From: Basidiobolus meristosporus CBS 931.73 | Taxonomy: Eukaryota > Fungi > Basidiobolomycota | Assembly: GCA_002104905.1 (NCBI GenBank) | Contig: MCFE01000621.1 | Coordinates: 1 to 52,098 of the forward strand | DNA length: 52,098 nt | Direction: 5' to 3' | Shown here: piece by piece, positions 1 to 13,003 of the stretch | Numbering within the stretch: the first letter of the stretch is position 1 | How the letters are laid out: every line of letters begins with the position of its first letter | Position numbers and translations under genes: made by a program | Notes under the pieces: generated by a model | What the model saw: the letters and a program-made list of their open reading frames with translations, nothing else | Told to the model about the DNA's origin: nothing | Database searches by the model: none

Positions 1-1835
1 CTTCTATTTTTAAGGTATACTGCAGTGGTGAGTGATCCACCCAAAAATCATTGGATAATTTTGATCATGGATCATCAATCTTGCAATATCAATTATTGAT
101 CTGCTTGCATGTTCTGCTACTCCATTTTTGCTGTGGAGGAGTATGGTACAGTACTCACTTGCTTTATCCCATGAGTTTGCAGAAGTGAATGAAAGAGTGT
201 TGATGTATATTCTCCACCATTGTTGGAGCATATTTTCATGATTTTTTCACCAGTTTCTCTCTCCACCATGACTTTAAGCTCCATGATCTTAGACAGAGCT
301 TCTTCCATTCTCTCCATGAAGTAGACCCACTTGTGTCTTGTATATAAATAAATAAACATGATTAAATACTTCTTCCCACCTTAGGATATATATTGCATAG
401 GTCCACACAGATCTGAGTGAGTTAGATTTACTTTTTTTATGGTTTCTATTAACCCAGGGCTCTTGAATGGTTGTCTGGCTTGTTTCCCATATTTGCAGGC
501 TTCACAGTGATCCAAATTAGCTGGGGGATTAGTTTTTACTCTGGAAATTAGTTGATCTTTGATCATCTTGATCAAATAATCAAAGTTGATGTGCCCAAAT
601 CTCCTATGCCAAAGCATTGGTGTTTCTTCATTCCAGTTACTTATATTGGCTTCCAGATATGTTGGAATATATGTCAGCTTGTATAGATTATGATTCCTGA
701 TACCCAAAGTAATATGGGCACCATTCTGATCGGTGATCCTGCATCCAGAATTGTCAAAGCTGAAACTATTTCTGGTACATGAAGAACTTCTTTAAAGGTT
801 AGTGTATGGCTTCCTTCACTGCTTCTATGGTTTAGTTGGATGGCTCCTTCTGCCACTGCAACAAGTGTTCTATTGTCACCCATCAAAACCTTCTTATTTG
901 GAATTTCTTGGTATTGGGTAAAAAGTTGTTCTTGATGTGTAAAGTGTTAAGATGCTCCAGAGTCAATATACCACATCTGAGAGTCCTTTTTTGTGATCAT
1001 ATTTTGTATAGTTATGAATAGTCTATCTTCAGTTGTTGCAGCATCTCAATATTCAGGCTTCTTTTGCTGATTATCTCTCTTATTGAGACACCAGTCTGAA
1101 GTGTATCCTTTCCTTTTGCAGTAGTTGCAAAACAGGTTGTTGTTGCCTTTGTAGGGTCTTGGGTATGTCCTTTGTTGGTTAGCATTGCTTATTAAAGCAT
1201 TTTCTTTCTCCTTGTTATTGGCGCTTGATTTTCTTAATTCTTCACCCAGGAGCCTTCCTTATATGTAATTTAAGGTCAATTCTTTTGTTCTGGACTATTG
1301 GGCTGATACAAGGCCCTAAAACCTGTCTTCCAGGCAATTCAGCATGGTAACTATTACATCCTGATCAGTAGTTTGTACACCCACAGATTCCATCTCATCT
1401 AACAGCAGGATTATTCTGTTGATTAGATTTTTCATTTCTTCTCCTGGCTGCATGTTTGTAGTAAAGAGTTTTCATCCCAGATACACTTTCTTAGCAGCTG
1501 AACATGACAGGTAGGTGTCTTCTAGTGCTTTCCAGGCATTCTTTGCTGTTTTTGCTCTTGAGCATTGAACTAGCAACTTGTCTTTGACATTAAGGCAAAT
1601 ACAATTAGAGGCACTTTGTTCTTTCTTCTGGTACTTTAAGGCTTCCTCTCCCATGCTCTTGGGAGGACATTCTTCTCCCATGACAATATCCCAAAGGCCT
1701 CTATCTTGTAGCAGTATTTTCATCTTTGCCTTCAACACTTGGTAGTTAGATCTATCCAACTTTTCAGCACAGGGAAAAGTTCTAGGAATAGCAGTAGTAA
1801 ACATTGCAGAGAGTGACAGCTTGGAGCTCATAACT
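1..1835 (-). mobile_element. Ty1/copia retrotransposon (Copia-1, element A) internal region: gag, protease, GAG-pre-integrase and integrase start; decayed and cut by the window edge
   Basis: ORF fragments 1472..1831 (EKLDRSNYQVLKAKMKILLQDRGLWDIV, copia gag N-terminus), 381..707 (LWHRRFGHINF...CEACKYGKQ...HSDLCGPM) and 117..359 (NGGEYTS, integrase). PBS AGTTATGAGCTC at 1835-1824. Confidence 0.93.
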
Positions 1836-2184
1836 TGTTGTCAGAGTCTTGGAGTTACTGGAAGTGATTGGGAAGACAAGTAGATTATGTGGTTTTTGCT
1901 TAATGATTTATAGAATGCAAAAGTAGTATTTACACTTTTACATGGTCTTGGCATAACAAACACATAGAATTGGTTAAGGAAGGTCCCAAGAACCTGTGCA
2001 CCTAGTTTGAGGCTGCTTGTACAACTTTGAGAATTCTCATGTTCAGGGTAGCTGGTATTTTGGTGAAAATCTTTTAAGTAAATTCCAACTAGGATATTGC
2101 TCAGTATTCCCTAGGATTTGTGGGTAAAGATCTAAGTGACTAAGCTAGGTGAATATCTAGGTGGAATTACAAATTTTTACAACA
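1836..2184 (-). repeat. Copia-1 LTR (349 bp), serving as 3' LTR of element B and 5' LTR of element A
   Basis: Minus strand reads TGTTGTAAAA...GACAACA. It is preceded by polypurine GAGTGGGAA and RNase H sequence and followed by PBS and gag. Homologous to 47164-47495. Confidence 0.9.
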
Positions 2185-5100
2185 TTCCCACTCAGCTAAA
2201 TGCTTGTACTGATTAGTCCTAATTATGACCTATAATATTCAAACTTGTCTCTATCTAATGGTTTGGTAAATATGTCTGTAATCATTTAATCTGATGGACA
2301 GTAAACTAAGCTAACTAAGTTATTCTCTATGGCTTAACATATGAAGTGATGTCTAATATCTATGTGCTTAGTTCTGGCAAGAAAAGTTGGGTTTCTACAT
2401 GATTGTTTACACCCTTGATTATCTTGAAATAAAGTAATAGGCATTTTTTGACATAAGCCTAAGTCATTAAAAAGCTTCCTTGATCACACTGCCTCTTTTG
2501 TATCTCACAGGCTGCCATATACTCTGCCTCTGTGGTGGAAAGTGCTACAGTTGGTTGTTTTCTTGAATTTCATGAAATTGCTCCTTTACAGTGAAGAAAG
2601 GGGTATCTTGTGGTAAAGCTTCTGTCTTCCAAGTTTTGTCCCCAAGCAGCATCAGAGTATCCCACCAGATCCTGCTCTGAATCCCTATAGGTGTATCTTA
2701 TGCCAACATTAGCAGTTCCTTTTAGATATCTAAAAATCTGCTTAACTGCTGCAATATGATCAGATCCATAGTTCTGTATATGCTGGCTGGTAACTCCCAC
2801 CAATTACAAGATACCTGGATGTGCTCCAGGCATAATATACTTCAGACTGCTGCAAATAGATTGACAAGGAAAGTCAGGGCTTTTAGATGTCATAAAGCTC
2901 TCTTGATTTGGTGGAGTTTTGACCAAGTTAGGGTTTGTCTCCATTAGGGTAGCTGCCAGTTTATAGTCTTCCGTTTGATACTTCTTTAGTATGTCTTGAA
3001 TATACTTGGATTGGCTTAGGGTGAAAATCTGGGTACTTCTGTCTATGGAGAACTTTATCCCTAAGTAGTAACTGAGTACTCCTAGATTGAGCATCTTGAA
3101 CTCTCTAGATAGGCTGGTTTTAGTCTCTTCCAATGTTGCTAGGCTATTGGTGGCTATAATAAGATCATCCACGTATAGAGCTAATGGAACTGGATTAGCT
3201 GTATCTGGCTTATAGTAGATACTATACACAGCATTGCTCCTTTTGAAACTCAAAGATTCCAAATAAGAATCTGTCTTGCAATTCAAGGCTCTGGTGATTG
3301 CTTTGGACCTTATAGAGATTATTTAAGCTTGCAGACCAAGTGGGGGACATCTAGGTCAACAAAACTATCAGGCTGCTCCATATACATATCCTCATCAAAT
3401 TTCCCATTACAAAATGCAGCTTTTACATCCATTTGATATATAAAATTCTTACATTTGACTGCAATGGCCAATATTATTCTGATGGAGTTGAAATTGGCTA
3501 CCGGCACCAAGGTCTTATTGGAGTCAAGTCCTTTTGCTTGATAGTATCCTTTGGCCACAAGTCTTGCTTTGTATCTGCAGCTGTGGCAACTAATTCTGCC
3601 CAAAGATTATAAGATAACTTTTGATCATAGATCTTGCTATATCACTTATTGCTCTGCTTGCATGTTCTACTACTCCATTTTGCTGTGGGGAGTATAGTAC
3701 AGTAGTGTCTTGCTTTATTCCATGAATTTTGTCAAAGTGGATGAAGAGTTTTGTGGTATATACCCCACCATTGTCAGAGTGTGTTTTCTTGATTTTTTCA
3801 CCTGTTTCTCTCTCCACAATGGCTTTAAACTCTCTGCACTTAGACAGAGCCTTTCCTCTCTCTGCATAAGTTAGACCCACTTGCCAAGCATTGATGTTTC
3901 TTCATTACAATCACTTGTATTGGCTTCAAGATATGATGGAATATAAGTCAACTTGTATATACTCTGATACCTGATACCCAAAGCAATATGGGAACCATTT
4001 TGATCAGTGTGCCTGCATCCAGAGTTGTCAAAGCTGAATCATGTCCTTTTGCTGTGGCCTTGCCTACAGAAAATGGGTTCTTGGCTATTTGTGATACATA
4101 AAGTACTTCTTTAAAGGTCAGTGTATAACTTCCTCACGGCTTCTATCTTCAGTTTTTGCAGCATTTCCATATTCAGGCTTCTTTTGCTGATTATTTCTCT
4201 TTTTGAGAAATCAGTCAGATGTGTGTCCTTTCCTTTTGCAGTAGTTGCAAAACAGGTTGCTGTTGCCTTTGTAGGGTCTAGGGTACCTTCTTTGTTGGAT
4301 GTCATTGCTAATTCAAGCATTTACTTCTTCCTTGTTAATGGTGCTGTGGTGGTGTATAAGTCCAAGGGAGAGATACGTCCAACACTTCTCAAGTGTTTTG
4401 TGTGTGGGGTGTTCACTGGGTGCAATAGCCTCTGGAAAAAGCTTGCTAGGAATACTGGGTTCTGTCTCTATTCCAATGTGATGGGGAAGAAAGCCGCAAG
4501 CTTGTCAAGGGAAAACTATTGAGCCACAATCCCCAACTTAGTTGGTGTCTTAACAAAAGTATGTGCTGGGTTCAGCATCCTTTGAGATGACAATGTACTA
4601 AAGCTTCCAAAGTCAAAACAACTGTAAACTCCTCCAGCAGGGACTTGATAAGAATGCAGCTGTGGTCAATAGCTACAAAGACAGAAAAGTATCCTTGCCT
4701 GTACAGGAACAAATTTAGGAAAGAATTAAATAGAATAAAAGATACCTACTCTGAGTATTCCTCACAAGTAGTGCCTCCAAGGTCAGTTGGCTGTCAGCAC
4801 AGTTTCCTGGGAGTTTCCTGTGGTCTGCAGTTGGAAGTTCAGGTAGCAGCAGGTAGCAGTGATCACACCAATCAACAAGTTGGTATATTGATAAAAGGGA
4901 TGATAATTTATTGTTGAGGGATAGCCTCCCTTACATACTTTTCTTACTGGCTACGTGATTACTAATCATGGTGTTCCAGAAGGTTCTGGATATCAATAGA
5001 AATCTTAATGACATTAGAATGACCTAAAAATGCTCCAAGTAGGTGCTGGAAGGTTCTAAGAGGCACAGCACATCCAACCAATCAGGAATCAGTTCTCTGA

Positions 5101-6200
5101 AACCAGTGAAACATAGGGATACCATATATGGTATGGAAATGGTAGGGATGGTGACATAGGTTGATCATGTGTCATAGGTACTGGCACAGGTACTTGCCTA
5201 ATATAGAAGCACTTACTGCTAGTAATCTTACATAAAGTGGGGGATAACTTATGCAATAGGTAAGCAGGTGTGATAGTCAACCAGCTGATGAGATAGTACT
5301 GATCAGGTAAGACAAATGGGATAAAACTGAATTAAGGGTAGTAGAGAAATAGGGAAGTAGAAAATTTGGGAATGAGCACATCTGTCAGCAGGTGTCCCTG
5401 TCACCCCACTATACTGGTGTGTTGATAAAAGGGATGATGATTTATTGTCAAGGGATAGCCTCCCTTATATACTTTTCTTACTGGTCAAGTGATTACTAAT
5501 CATGGTGTTCCAGAAGGTTCCAGATATCAATAGAAATCTTAATGACATCAGAATGACCTAAGAATGTTCTAAGTAGGTGCTGGAAGGTTCTAAGAGGCAC
5601 AGCACATCCTACCAATCATGAATCAGTACTATGAAACCTGTGTAACATAGGGATACCATATATGGTATGGAAATGCAAGGGATGGTGACACAGGTTGATC
5701 ATGTATCAAAGGTACTGGCATGGGTACTTGCCTAATATTGAAGCACTTACTGCTAGTAATCTTACATAAAGTGGAGGATAGCGTATGCAATAAGGTAAGC
5801 AGGTGTGATAGTCTACTGGCTTATGGGATAGTACTGATCAGGTAATACAAATGTGACAAAACTAAAACAAGGGTAGTAGAGAAATAGAGAAGTAGGAAAT
5901 ATAGGAATGAGCACATCTGTCAGTGGGCGTCACTGCAACCCCACTACAGAGCTTGATTTTCTTAATTCTTCATCCAGGAGTCTTCCTTATATGTAATTTA
6001 AGGTCAAATCTTCAGTTCCCGGCTCTAGGGCTGATACAAGGCCCTGAGACCTGTATGTCAGGCTACTCAGGATGTTTACTATCAAATCCTCATCAATACT
6101 TGGTACACCCACAGATTCCATCTCATCCACCAGCAGGGCAGCTCTGTTAACTAGATTTCTCATTTCTTTGCCTGGCAGTGTCTTGGTAGTGACAAATATT
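2185..6200 (-). mobile_element. Copia-1 element B internal region (partial gag, PR, INT, RT, RNase H, PPT), internally deleted and interrupted by solo LTR F'
   Basis: ORF fragments 3590..3880 (integrase, PQQNGVVEH), 3319..3603 (YKARLVAKGY...YQMDVKAAF), 2804..3286 (LYVDDLIIA) and 2570..2803 (GYSDAAWG). The gag is split at 4344/5949 and truncated at ~6200. Confidence 0.9.
4345..5948 (-). mobile_element. Solo LTR of family F (copy F') with a tandem extra copy of the U3 half
   Basis: TG...CA ends. 4345-5413 is the reverse complement of the 1071 bp LTR at 21875-22945, and 5414-5948 repeats its first ~535 bp. Flanks GTGC/GAGC restore the copia gag sequence (GCGC in the paralog at ~1221). Confidence 0.88.
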
Positions 6201-6345
6201 CATCCATGAAACCATATTGGAAACCAGAGATACTTAAGGTAGTGGGTACTTGTTTGAGCAATAGCTTTCCACTGGGAGCAATGCATTTGCTTTTCAGCAA
6301 TATCCTTGTACTAATGACCAAGTTGTACATAGAGCATTTCAAGCT
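6201..6345 (+). mobile_element. CACTA/EnSpm transposase fragment
   Basis: Encodes FPLGAMHLLFSNI. DNA matches 44620-44700 and the reverse complement of ~13985-14070. Confidence 0.7.
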
Positions 6346-6820
6346 AGGCAAGGAAGGACCAGGAAAGGACTTAGGTGTGGAACAACAAGGCAAGGCTGTT
6401 TATTCAAGACCTGTGTTTATCAGACTGAGAAATATGTAGGGGGGATGGAACTAGATATACTTTTTAGTAATATGGCTGCCAAGAGATATTGACTTGTACT
6501 GATGGGGTTCTGAGGTGAGGTACAGTAAGTGTGCCAAGATAAAAATATACTGAAGAATAGACTAGAGCATCACATGGGATAAGCCAAGAGTGAGCCAAAA
6601 ATGCAACTAGGACATGCTACATGCAATTACCATATATGGTATGAAGCTACATAAGCTCCAAAGGGAGCTTTGATAGAATGTTCCAATGTGTAACATTGAT
6701 TTTGAGCATTTCAGCAGTTGCTAGAACATAGTAGAACTTTCTAGAAGGAACTGGGAATTCTGCACCAATTTGACTTGGCTGAATTATAAAAGGTCAAGGT
6801 TGTCATGTAGAACTCTGTTG
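6346..6820 (-). repeat. LTR family E, partial copy
   Basis: Reverse-complement homology to 29189-29697 (e.g. AGACCTGTGTTTATCAGACTGAG). Contains a CArG box at 6630-6639 and an HSE at 6733-6747. Confidence 0.7.
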
Positions 6821-6829
6821 TTACTGTAT

Positions 6830-7800
6830 CCATTTGTTATTCCATCTTGCTTGGTGTATTACTAAGAAGCTCATTGTGAATATTCAGGAGGTATTCAAGG
6901 CAAAAGTGGTGGTAACCCAGCATATGATTGCAAGATGTGTATGTTACCAGCAACATAAGGTATATAGCAACTTTGCAAGCATCACAATAGAAAGCCACAA
7001 AGTTATGGTGATAGAAGTATTCCAATTGCAGCAGGTATGCACATATGAAGAGGTTAGCAATTAGGAGACCATAGCTTTTTGATTCAAAATCTATGTGGAA
7101 TACCCAAGGCAGTGGTGGGTCAGCAAATAAAGAGGGGTGATTCCACAGTGGAATATATGAGTGGCCTAAGGGCAGGTAGAAAAAGCAAATACCACTTGGT
7201 AAATTGGTATGATATTATTAAACAGAACTGGCTGTATGTTGATGTGCTGCCATTTCAATGCCAGCAAAGGTTTGCAATAAGGCTGTCAGAGCTTCATAAA
7301 ATCTCTTTCCACATAAGCCACTTGGATGTAATGGTTGGTTAGGTTGGCCCAAATAAGTGAAGTGCGCATTAAGACCTTTAGAATGCCATGCAATTGTTGT
7401 CAAAAGACTGATTAAACACCATCAGGTTATTTACTTCATTTGGCAGTAAAATCCACAAAATGCTGTCACAATTGTATCATAGAATTTTGTAGCCAGTCAG
7501 TAATTCCACACTGCTGGCATCATGATGGACTTATTGCTGGATCCTGACAGCTGATCTGGCTCAGATACACACACAAGTCCATATTACTTTTCATAGGAAT
7601 ATTGTGACTAGAGAAGTGACATGTTGCCACTAGTTTCAGTAGTGGGAGTACTGTACATAAGTATAGACAAGGCAAGAAGCATGTACCACCATATCCCAAT
7701 CTTATTGGCTAATACTGATGGGAATTGTTGTATCCAAGAGAAAAGTGTAATAGTACTCTTGAGTGGTTTAAAGGCAACAAAGTTAGTTTGCTATGCAGGC
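6830..7800 (+). mobile_element. Probable diverged CACTA transposase C-terminal remnant
   Basis: GTACCACCATATCCCAATCT at ~7684 matches GTACTACCATATCCCAATCT at ~45184 in the CACTA remnant. The rest is too decayed to verify by eye. Confidence 0.35.
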
Positions 7801-8336
7801 TAGACTTGGTGTTCTTGGGAGTACTAGATATGCTAAGCCTGGGTAGAAGCTTGAATAGAATTGTTAAATTCTTAATTTTGTTGAGATCAACTTTCAGCCA
7901 AAAGGCTTAGCAGGTTTTTTATATTTTTCTGTTCAAGTTAGGCTAGTAAGTACCAGGAGAATGAACAAATGAAGTCAATCATTGTATAAATAGGTGCATA
8001 AGATAAATGCAATTGCATCATCAATCAGCTGATATCTTGGCAACTGCTCAGTGGTTGGATGGACCTCAGAGGACTAATCACTCTGGAAGACTTAGCAGAG
8101 AAGTTGATAACACAATGACCACATGATAACTGATCTGGTGTAGCAGCAAAAAATAGATTCAGAAGCGGGATAAATAAACCTTAACTGGCATTAGGTGTGT
8201 TTGGGTTATGGAAAATCAGTTAGGGCACTATATTTTCTAATGCAGTAGAACTGGCTAAGTTACCAAGTATTGATGCACCACATCACTTTCCACCAGAAGA
8301 GGAGTTTTCTGATAACTTTTGTTTTCCCCTGCAGCT

Positions 8337-8480
8337 CCAATACTAACCAATTATGGCAACATCATCAAAGCTGGTGTAAGGATCCAGGTGATGTATTTGG
8401 CATCACAACCTTTCCACTTGACTAAATAAAGACAGTTTCATTCTTCCCCATTATGGTCCACAATAGCTTCAGCTTCACAG
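8337..8480 (-). pseudogene. Chromodomain at the end of the G4 integrase
   Basis: Manual translation EAEAIVDHNGEE*NCLYLVKWKGCDAKYITW-[frameshift]-PYTSFDDVAIIG*YW fits the chromodomain pattern E(V/A)EAI.D...YLVKWKG....TWEP. Confidence 0.8.
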
Positions 8481-9963
8481 GATTCTGAAGTTACTAGGTC
8501 TTGAGATAAAAGCTTGAGTAAAGAAGGTAGAATGCTTTTTGGTGAGAGTGCTGCAATGTTGTCTTGAAGTATAAAAGATCCTCCAGCAGTGTGTCCAACA
8601 ACCTAGAATGGGCCTTCATATTTGGGATCAAGTTTAGATTGTTGCATCTATTCCAGGGTCATGGAATATTTCCTATTTGGGAAGCTGCTGTGCATTTGCC
8701 TTCAGGCATATGTTGAAGTCATCTTTTGTTGTGAGGCTTTACTTCCGCCACTGATAGCAAGGTAGAGAATGCTGGTAAGGTACTCTGGTTGGTTCATTGG
8801 CTTTTTTGTATTCAAATTTGCTAACTCTGAGTTCTGGTATTCTCCAAAGTGGTGAATTTTTGTCTCAACAGCAAAGAAATGGTGTTGATCCATATAGAGC
8901 AACAACTTTGATCTTGATTGCATACAGTGTAGTGGGAATATACATGTCCCAGTTCTTCTTGATACCTTTGATGGAGTTCCAGACAATGCTCACTAAGGTC
9001 TGAGCATGTCTTTCAGCACATCCAGCAGCTTTGGGATGATAGGCAGTGACCAGATGGTGATTAATTGCACTTTGCTGCCAAGAGCTTTGATCAAGCAATT
9101 CATAAGCTCTGTACCATTATCCAATTTGATGACCTTTGGAAATTCAAAAAGGCAGAAGAGCTTGAGGAGTGCATGGGCAATAGTGACAGCATACTTGACT
9201 GGGATAGCTTTGAGGATGATAAAACATATGCAGTCACTCATAAGTACACAGTGGTAATGATTACCTTCATCACTAGTGTTAAAAGATCAGCTAGTCCAAT
9301 TGCAATTTGACTCATAGGAAGGCTTGCATAAATGGGACTCAAAGGGTGAAATCCATGGTGGCTGATGTTGTTCAGTTGAAATTCTCTGCAAAACTTGACA
9401 AGTTCTAGGCAGTCAGCTTTGATAGTTGGCCAGTGATATACATCCAAGTATAGCTTCTTCAACTAGAGTCAGCTTCAAGATGGCAAAGTATATGGCTCAT
9501 CTGTATCAATGTTCTCCTTTCATCTGCAGGTTGGATTTTCCTAGTTGCTGAATCCAGTTAAGAAACTATTTTGGATGTGGTCTTGTGATTACTGGTTATA
9601 TCAGTAAGCGCATGTCCCTACCTATGTAAAGTTGGAAAAAGTTTTGAAAGGCAATCAGGCAGGATGTTGAGAATTTCTGGGCAATGAATAACTGTATATT
9701 CATAATGAACTAGAGCATCAAGTCCGTTGGTAAGCATGGGAGTTGGAGTTTCTTGAGTTTGGATATAGACACAGGCTTGGTGATCTAGGTACAGAGTTAG
9801 TGGGTTACCCTATAAATACTGATGAAACTTTGTCAAAGCAAAGAATATGACAAGTACCTCCTTCTTGGTGGCGGAGTAGCTTCTCTTAGCAGGTTGTGGG
9901 ATCTGGCTTGGAAAGAGATCCAGTTAGGTAGATTTTTGTCTTCATCCTGATAGATGATTGCTC

Positions 9964-10820
9964 TGATGTGTTGTAATATGATTAGTTTAGGGCTTGTTCT
10001 AGGATGTAGAGGCTAAGCAACAGTATACAACAACTTCCAGTATGCTAATACTGAAATAGTTTATTGGGAGTCTGAAATACCAATAGAAGATATTACTTTC
10101 ACCAATATCCTCAATCTTAGACGCAAAATATACTGTAGACAGTGTTTCTCACTTGTACAGCAGTGTTCTGACCTTCTGTTGACTATTAGGCTTATTGACT
10201 TTTGTAGTAATATTTCCTTATCTGAGAGTCACTATCCTTTTTGAGATAATATTGCCTAGTTTGAAGATTCTGAGTTCTCCTTTAACCTTTAGATTTGTCA
10301 TTGTAGTGTGGTGATTCTGGAAAGAGAGGATCTCCTTTTTTTCAGGAGGGGAAGTCATAGATATGAAAATGCTGAAGGATCAAAGTTTTAGAACAATGCA
10401 CAAGCAATACACATGATACAAGACCAAATTTTGCAGTGCTGCAAATCAGACATAGGTGCAGCACCTGTTAGAGTATTACATGATTTGATTGGCTGCTTCA
10501 AAAGTTATATGCAACTGAAGTTACCATAATAATCTTAGCAATACCGGCCAGGTACATATGGTAATTGGACTCTTGTGCTCATAACTCCTTAAGTACTGCT
10601 TCAAATGAGCTGTAATTTGAAAAATGTGTTGGCGGTTACGTCTTTTGCATGCCATGATATTCTTGAGTAGATTGCTAGTCCAGGTCTTGAGCTTTTGTCC
10701 TTCAAACCTGTATTTTCTTGATCTTTCATTTGTGAACTACAATAGCAAAAGCAAAATAAAGAAATGAGTACTATATCTGTTTTGAGATATTGCAGTAATG
10801 GAATACTCTCCATTGCCACA
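9964..10820. mobile_element. 857 bp insertion, probable solo LTR of a further family (J), in G4 RNase H
   Basis: TG...CA ends and imperfect 4 bp TSD GCTC/TCTC. Removal restores the frame DVSNVVLGAIIYQ. Confidence 0.6.
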
Positions 10821-13003
10821 TCTCCTAACACAACATTAGATACATCTGTTGCAACTACAAAGGGCTTGGTAAAGACTTGGAAGGATAAGGTGGGTACCTG
10901 TGGAGGCAGTTTGCCAAGCAACTCAAAGGCCTTGTCATGAGTCTTGTTCTAGTCTGCAGGAATATCAGGGCTATGGTGTAATGCATTCAAAGGAACACTC
11001 AATGAGGACATGAGTACTATGTGTTCCCTACATATTGACCAGTTTGAAAGGGTTTGGTAGGTGGCCAGCTGATGGGACAATCAGTCCAAGGAGACAAATT
11101 TTGTGGCAGACAAGACTTCACTTTTCAGCATCTACAATCAGACCAGTAGTGGCCTGTTTGCTGATTACATCAGTGACATGAGCTGCATGATGATCATGGT
11201 TTGTGGAAAATATCTTAACATCATCAATAAATATTAAGGTATATAGTACATTCTGAGTACTATAGTCAGGACTCCCTGGAGCTTGCAGGTAAGTGTCTTC
11301 AGGCCAAAGGGAGCTCCCTGAAACATCTATTGTGTATTATACAAAGTAAAGGTAGTTGGTTGCTGATAGTCAGGATGGTTCTAGAATTGGTGATATGCAT
11401 CCTTCAAGTCCAACATGAAAAATACTTTTGCTCCTAATAGTGAGGAAAAGATATTCTGGATCCTTGGAGTCAGAAATCTGTCATCTTGGAGAAGTTGATC
11501 AGATATCTGGGGTCTAAGCAAGGTTTCTTTGGGTTAGATTTTCTTTACCATCCTTCTTTGTACAAATTCCAAGGCGCTGTTTAATGTTGTATTGACAAGG
11601 GCTTGTGTGATAATCCTATTATTAGTACCTTTTGGAACTATATCATCAGCTAAGTGCTGATGGGAAGGCAGAGCTTTGTATTACTTCCTCCATGTTGACT
11701 CACCAGGTTGGGTTTCTACTACATTTGATTCTGCAACAGTACTGGAACTGCTCCCTGGAATGCCTTGGTTTCATTCTATGGCTTGCTGAATGTCTGGTTT
11801 GACTGATTGAGAGTATATCTGAAAAGTTGGGGATGACTGTTCATCTTCTGATAAGGGTGAGATAATTTCTGGAATCTTGTGCATCAGGGATAGTGGCAAT
11901 TCAGTGATTCCAGGATATGAAACTGGTAGTCTGCCTACATGAAAGCCAAGATTGGTGAAGGTGTCAAGACCAACAACTACCTGATGTCCATCTGGAATAT
12001 CCATAACCTCCATTTGATGTATTGCAGTTAATGAGCAACTGCGTGTGCTGATTAGGTTAGTGACACCAATTCTTGGGGCTGAGAGGTCTTTAGTTCTAAG
12101 TATTGTATTTCTTGATTATTTTTCAATTGCTAAGTTGGGTTCTTTGACTATGTTAGGTGATGCATACAGTTGGATAATCCACTATCCAGTAGTAGTACAT
12201 ACAATTGGCCATCAAGGGAAGTGGCACCTCTATGGCTTTTAGCTGCATTATAGGTTGTTTCTTTTTGGGAGTAGTTACAGTTTTAGCTGGTAACTCAAAG
12301 AAGTTCCAATAATCTTGGGATGTAAGGCCTTCAATGCTTCCACATACCCTCTCATATCATTGGTTGAATGGTCATCTGGGATCTGAGTAATTTTTGTCAA
12401 TGCTGTAGAATTCTGCTTAGGACAGAGATGTGATCTATGTCCCATCTTTCTACATCTAAGGCATTGATCATTAGCCTATGGATTATCAGTTTGATGCATT
12501 ACTGCTTCTCTCAAGTGTTTCCCAGCTTGTCTGACTCCTTGGCAATGCCTTTGCACTCACTGGCAGAAGGACAGCATTTTCTGTGAAGCTCACAGTGCTT
12601 AGTAGTTGTTCAATTCTCCTTGGCAATATTACTGGTCTCTTGTTTGGTTGCAGCTGGATCTTGAGTAAAGCTGCCTGAGTCTGGCTAACAGTGGTGGACA
12701 TGGTGATAGCAAATGTATATACCTCTGAGATCTTGTCATAAGAACATGCTAGGTTGCATGCTTTGACAATAAAATTATTACTATGTAGCTGGTGTGGAAA
12801 GTTTGAAAGAAAATGAGAATTAAGCAATATATGCTCATCATAAACTCCAGATAGTCTCATTTGTCTTTGGAATCTGTCACAGGAATGCCGCAAAGATTCA
12901 ACATTTTGCATTTTAGTTTTCCATAAGTTGCAGTTCAAATGTGCTTTCTTGAGGGGATCTTCAAAATGGCTACAGAAGAGGTTTTGGCAATTTTCCACAC
13001 ATT

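Larger units (their letters stand above)
8300..13000 (-). mobile_element. Ty3/gypsy chromovirus remnant (G4): gag, protease, RT, RNase H, integrase, chromodomain; LTRs not identified
   Basis: Fragments include VVVGLDTFTNLGFH (protease region), FTKPFVVATDVSN (RT-RNase H), integrase VIKLDNGTELMN...TAYHPKAAGCAERH and HWPTIKADC, and a C-terminal chromodomain. Confidence 0.85.

Noticed and set aside
4121-4522. Longer antisense or off-frame ORFs in the track (e.g. 4121..4522, 12486..12998, 15114..15494, 30781..31251, 41902..42291, 49504..49728)
   Set aside because: They are shadows of TE or gene frames or cross element junctions, and they have no recognisable motifs.
7900-8300. 3' LTR of chromovirus G4
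   Set aside because: The position is suitable, but there is no second copy in the window and no clear PPT/TG junction.
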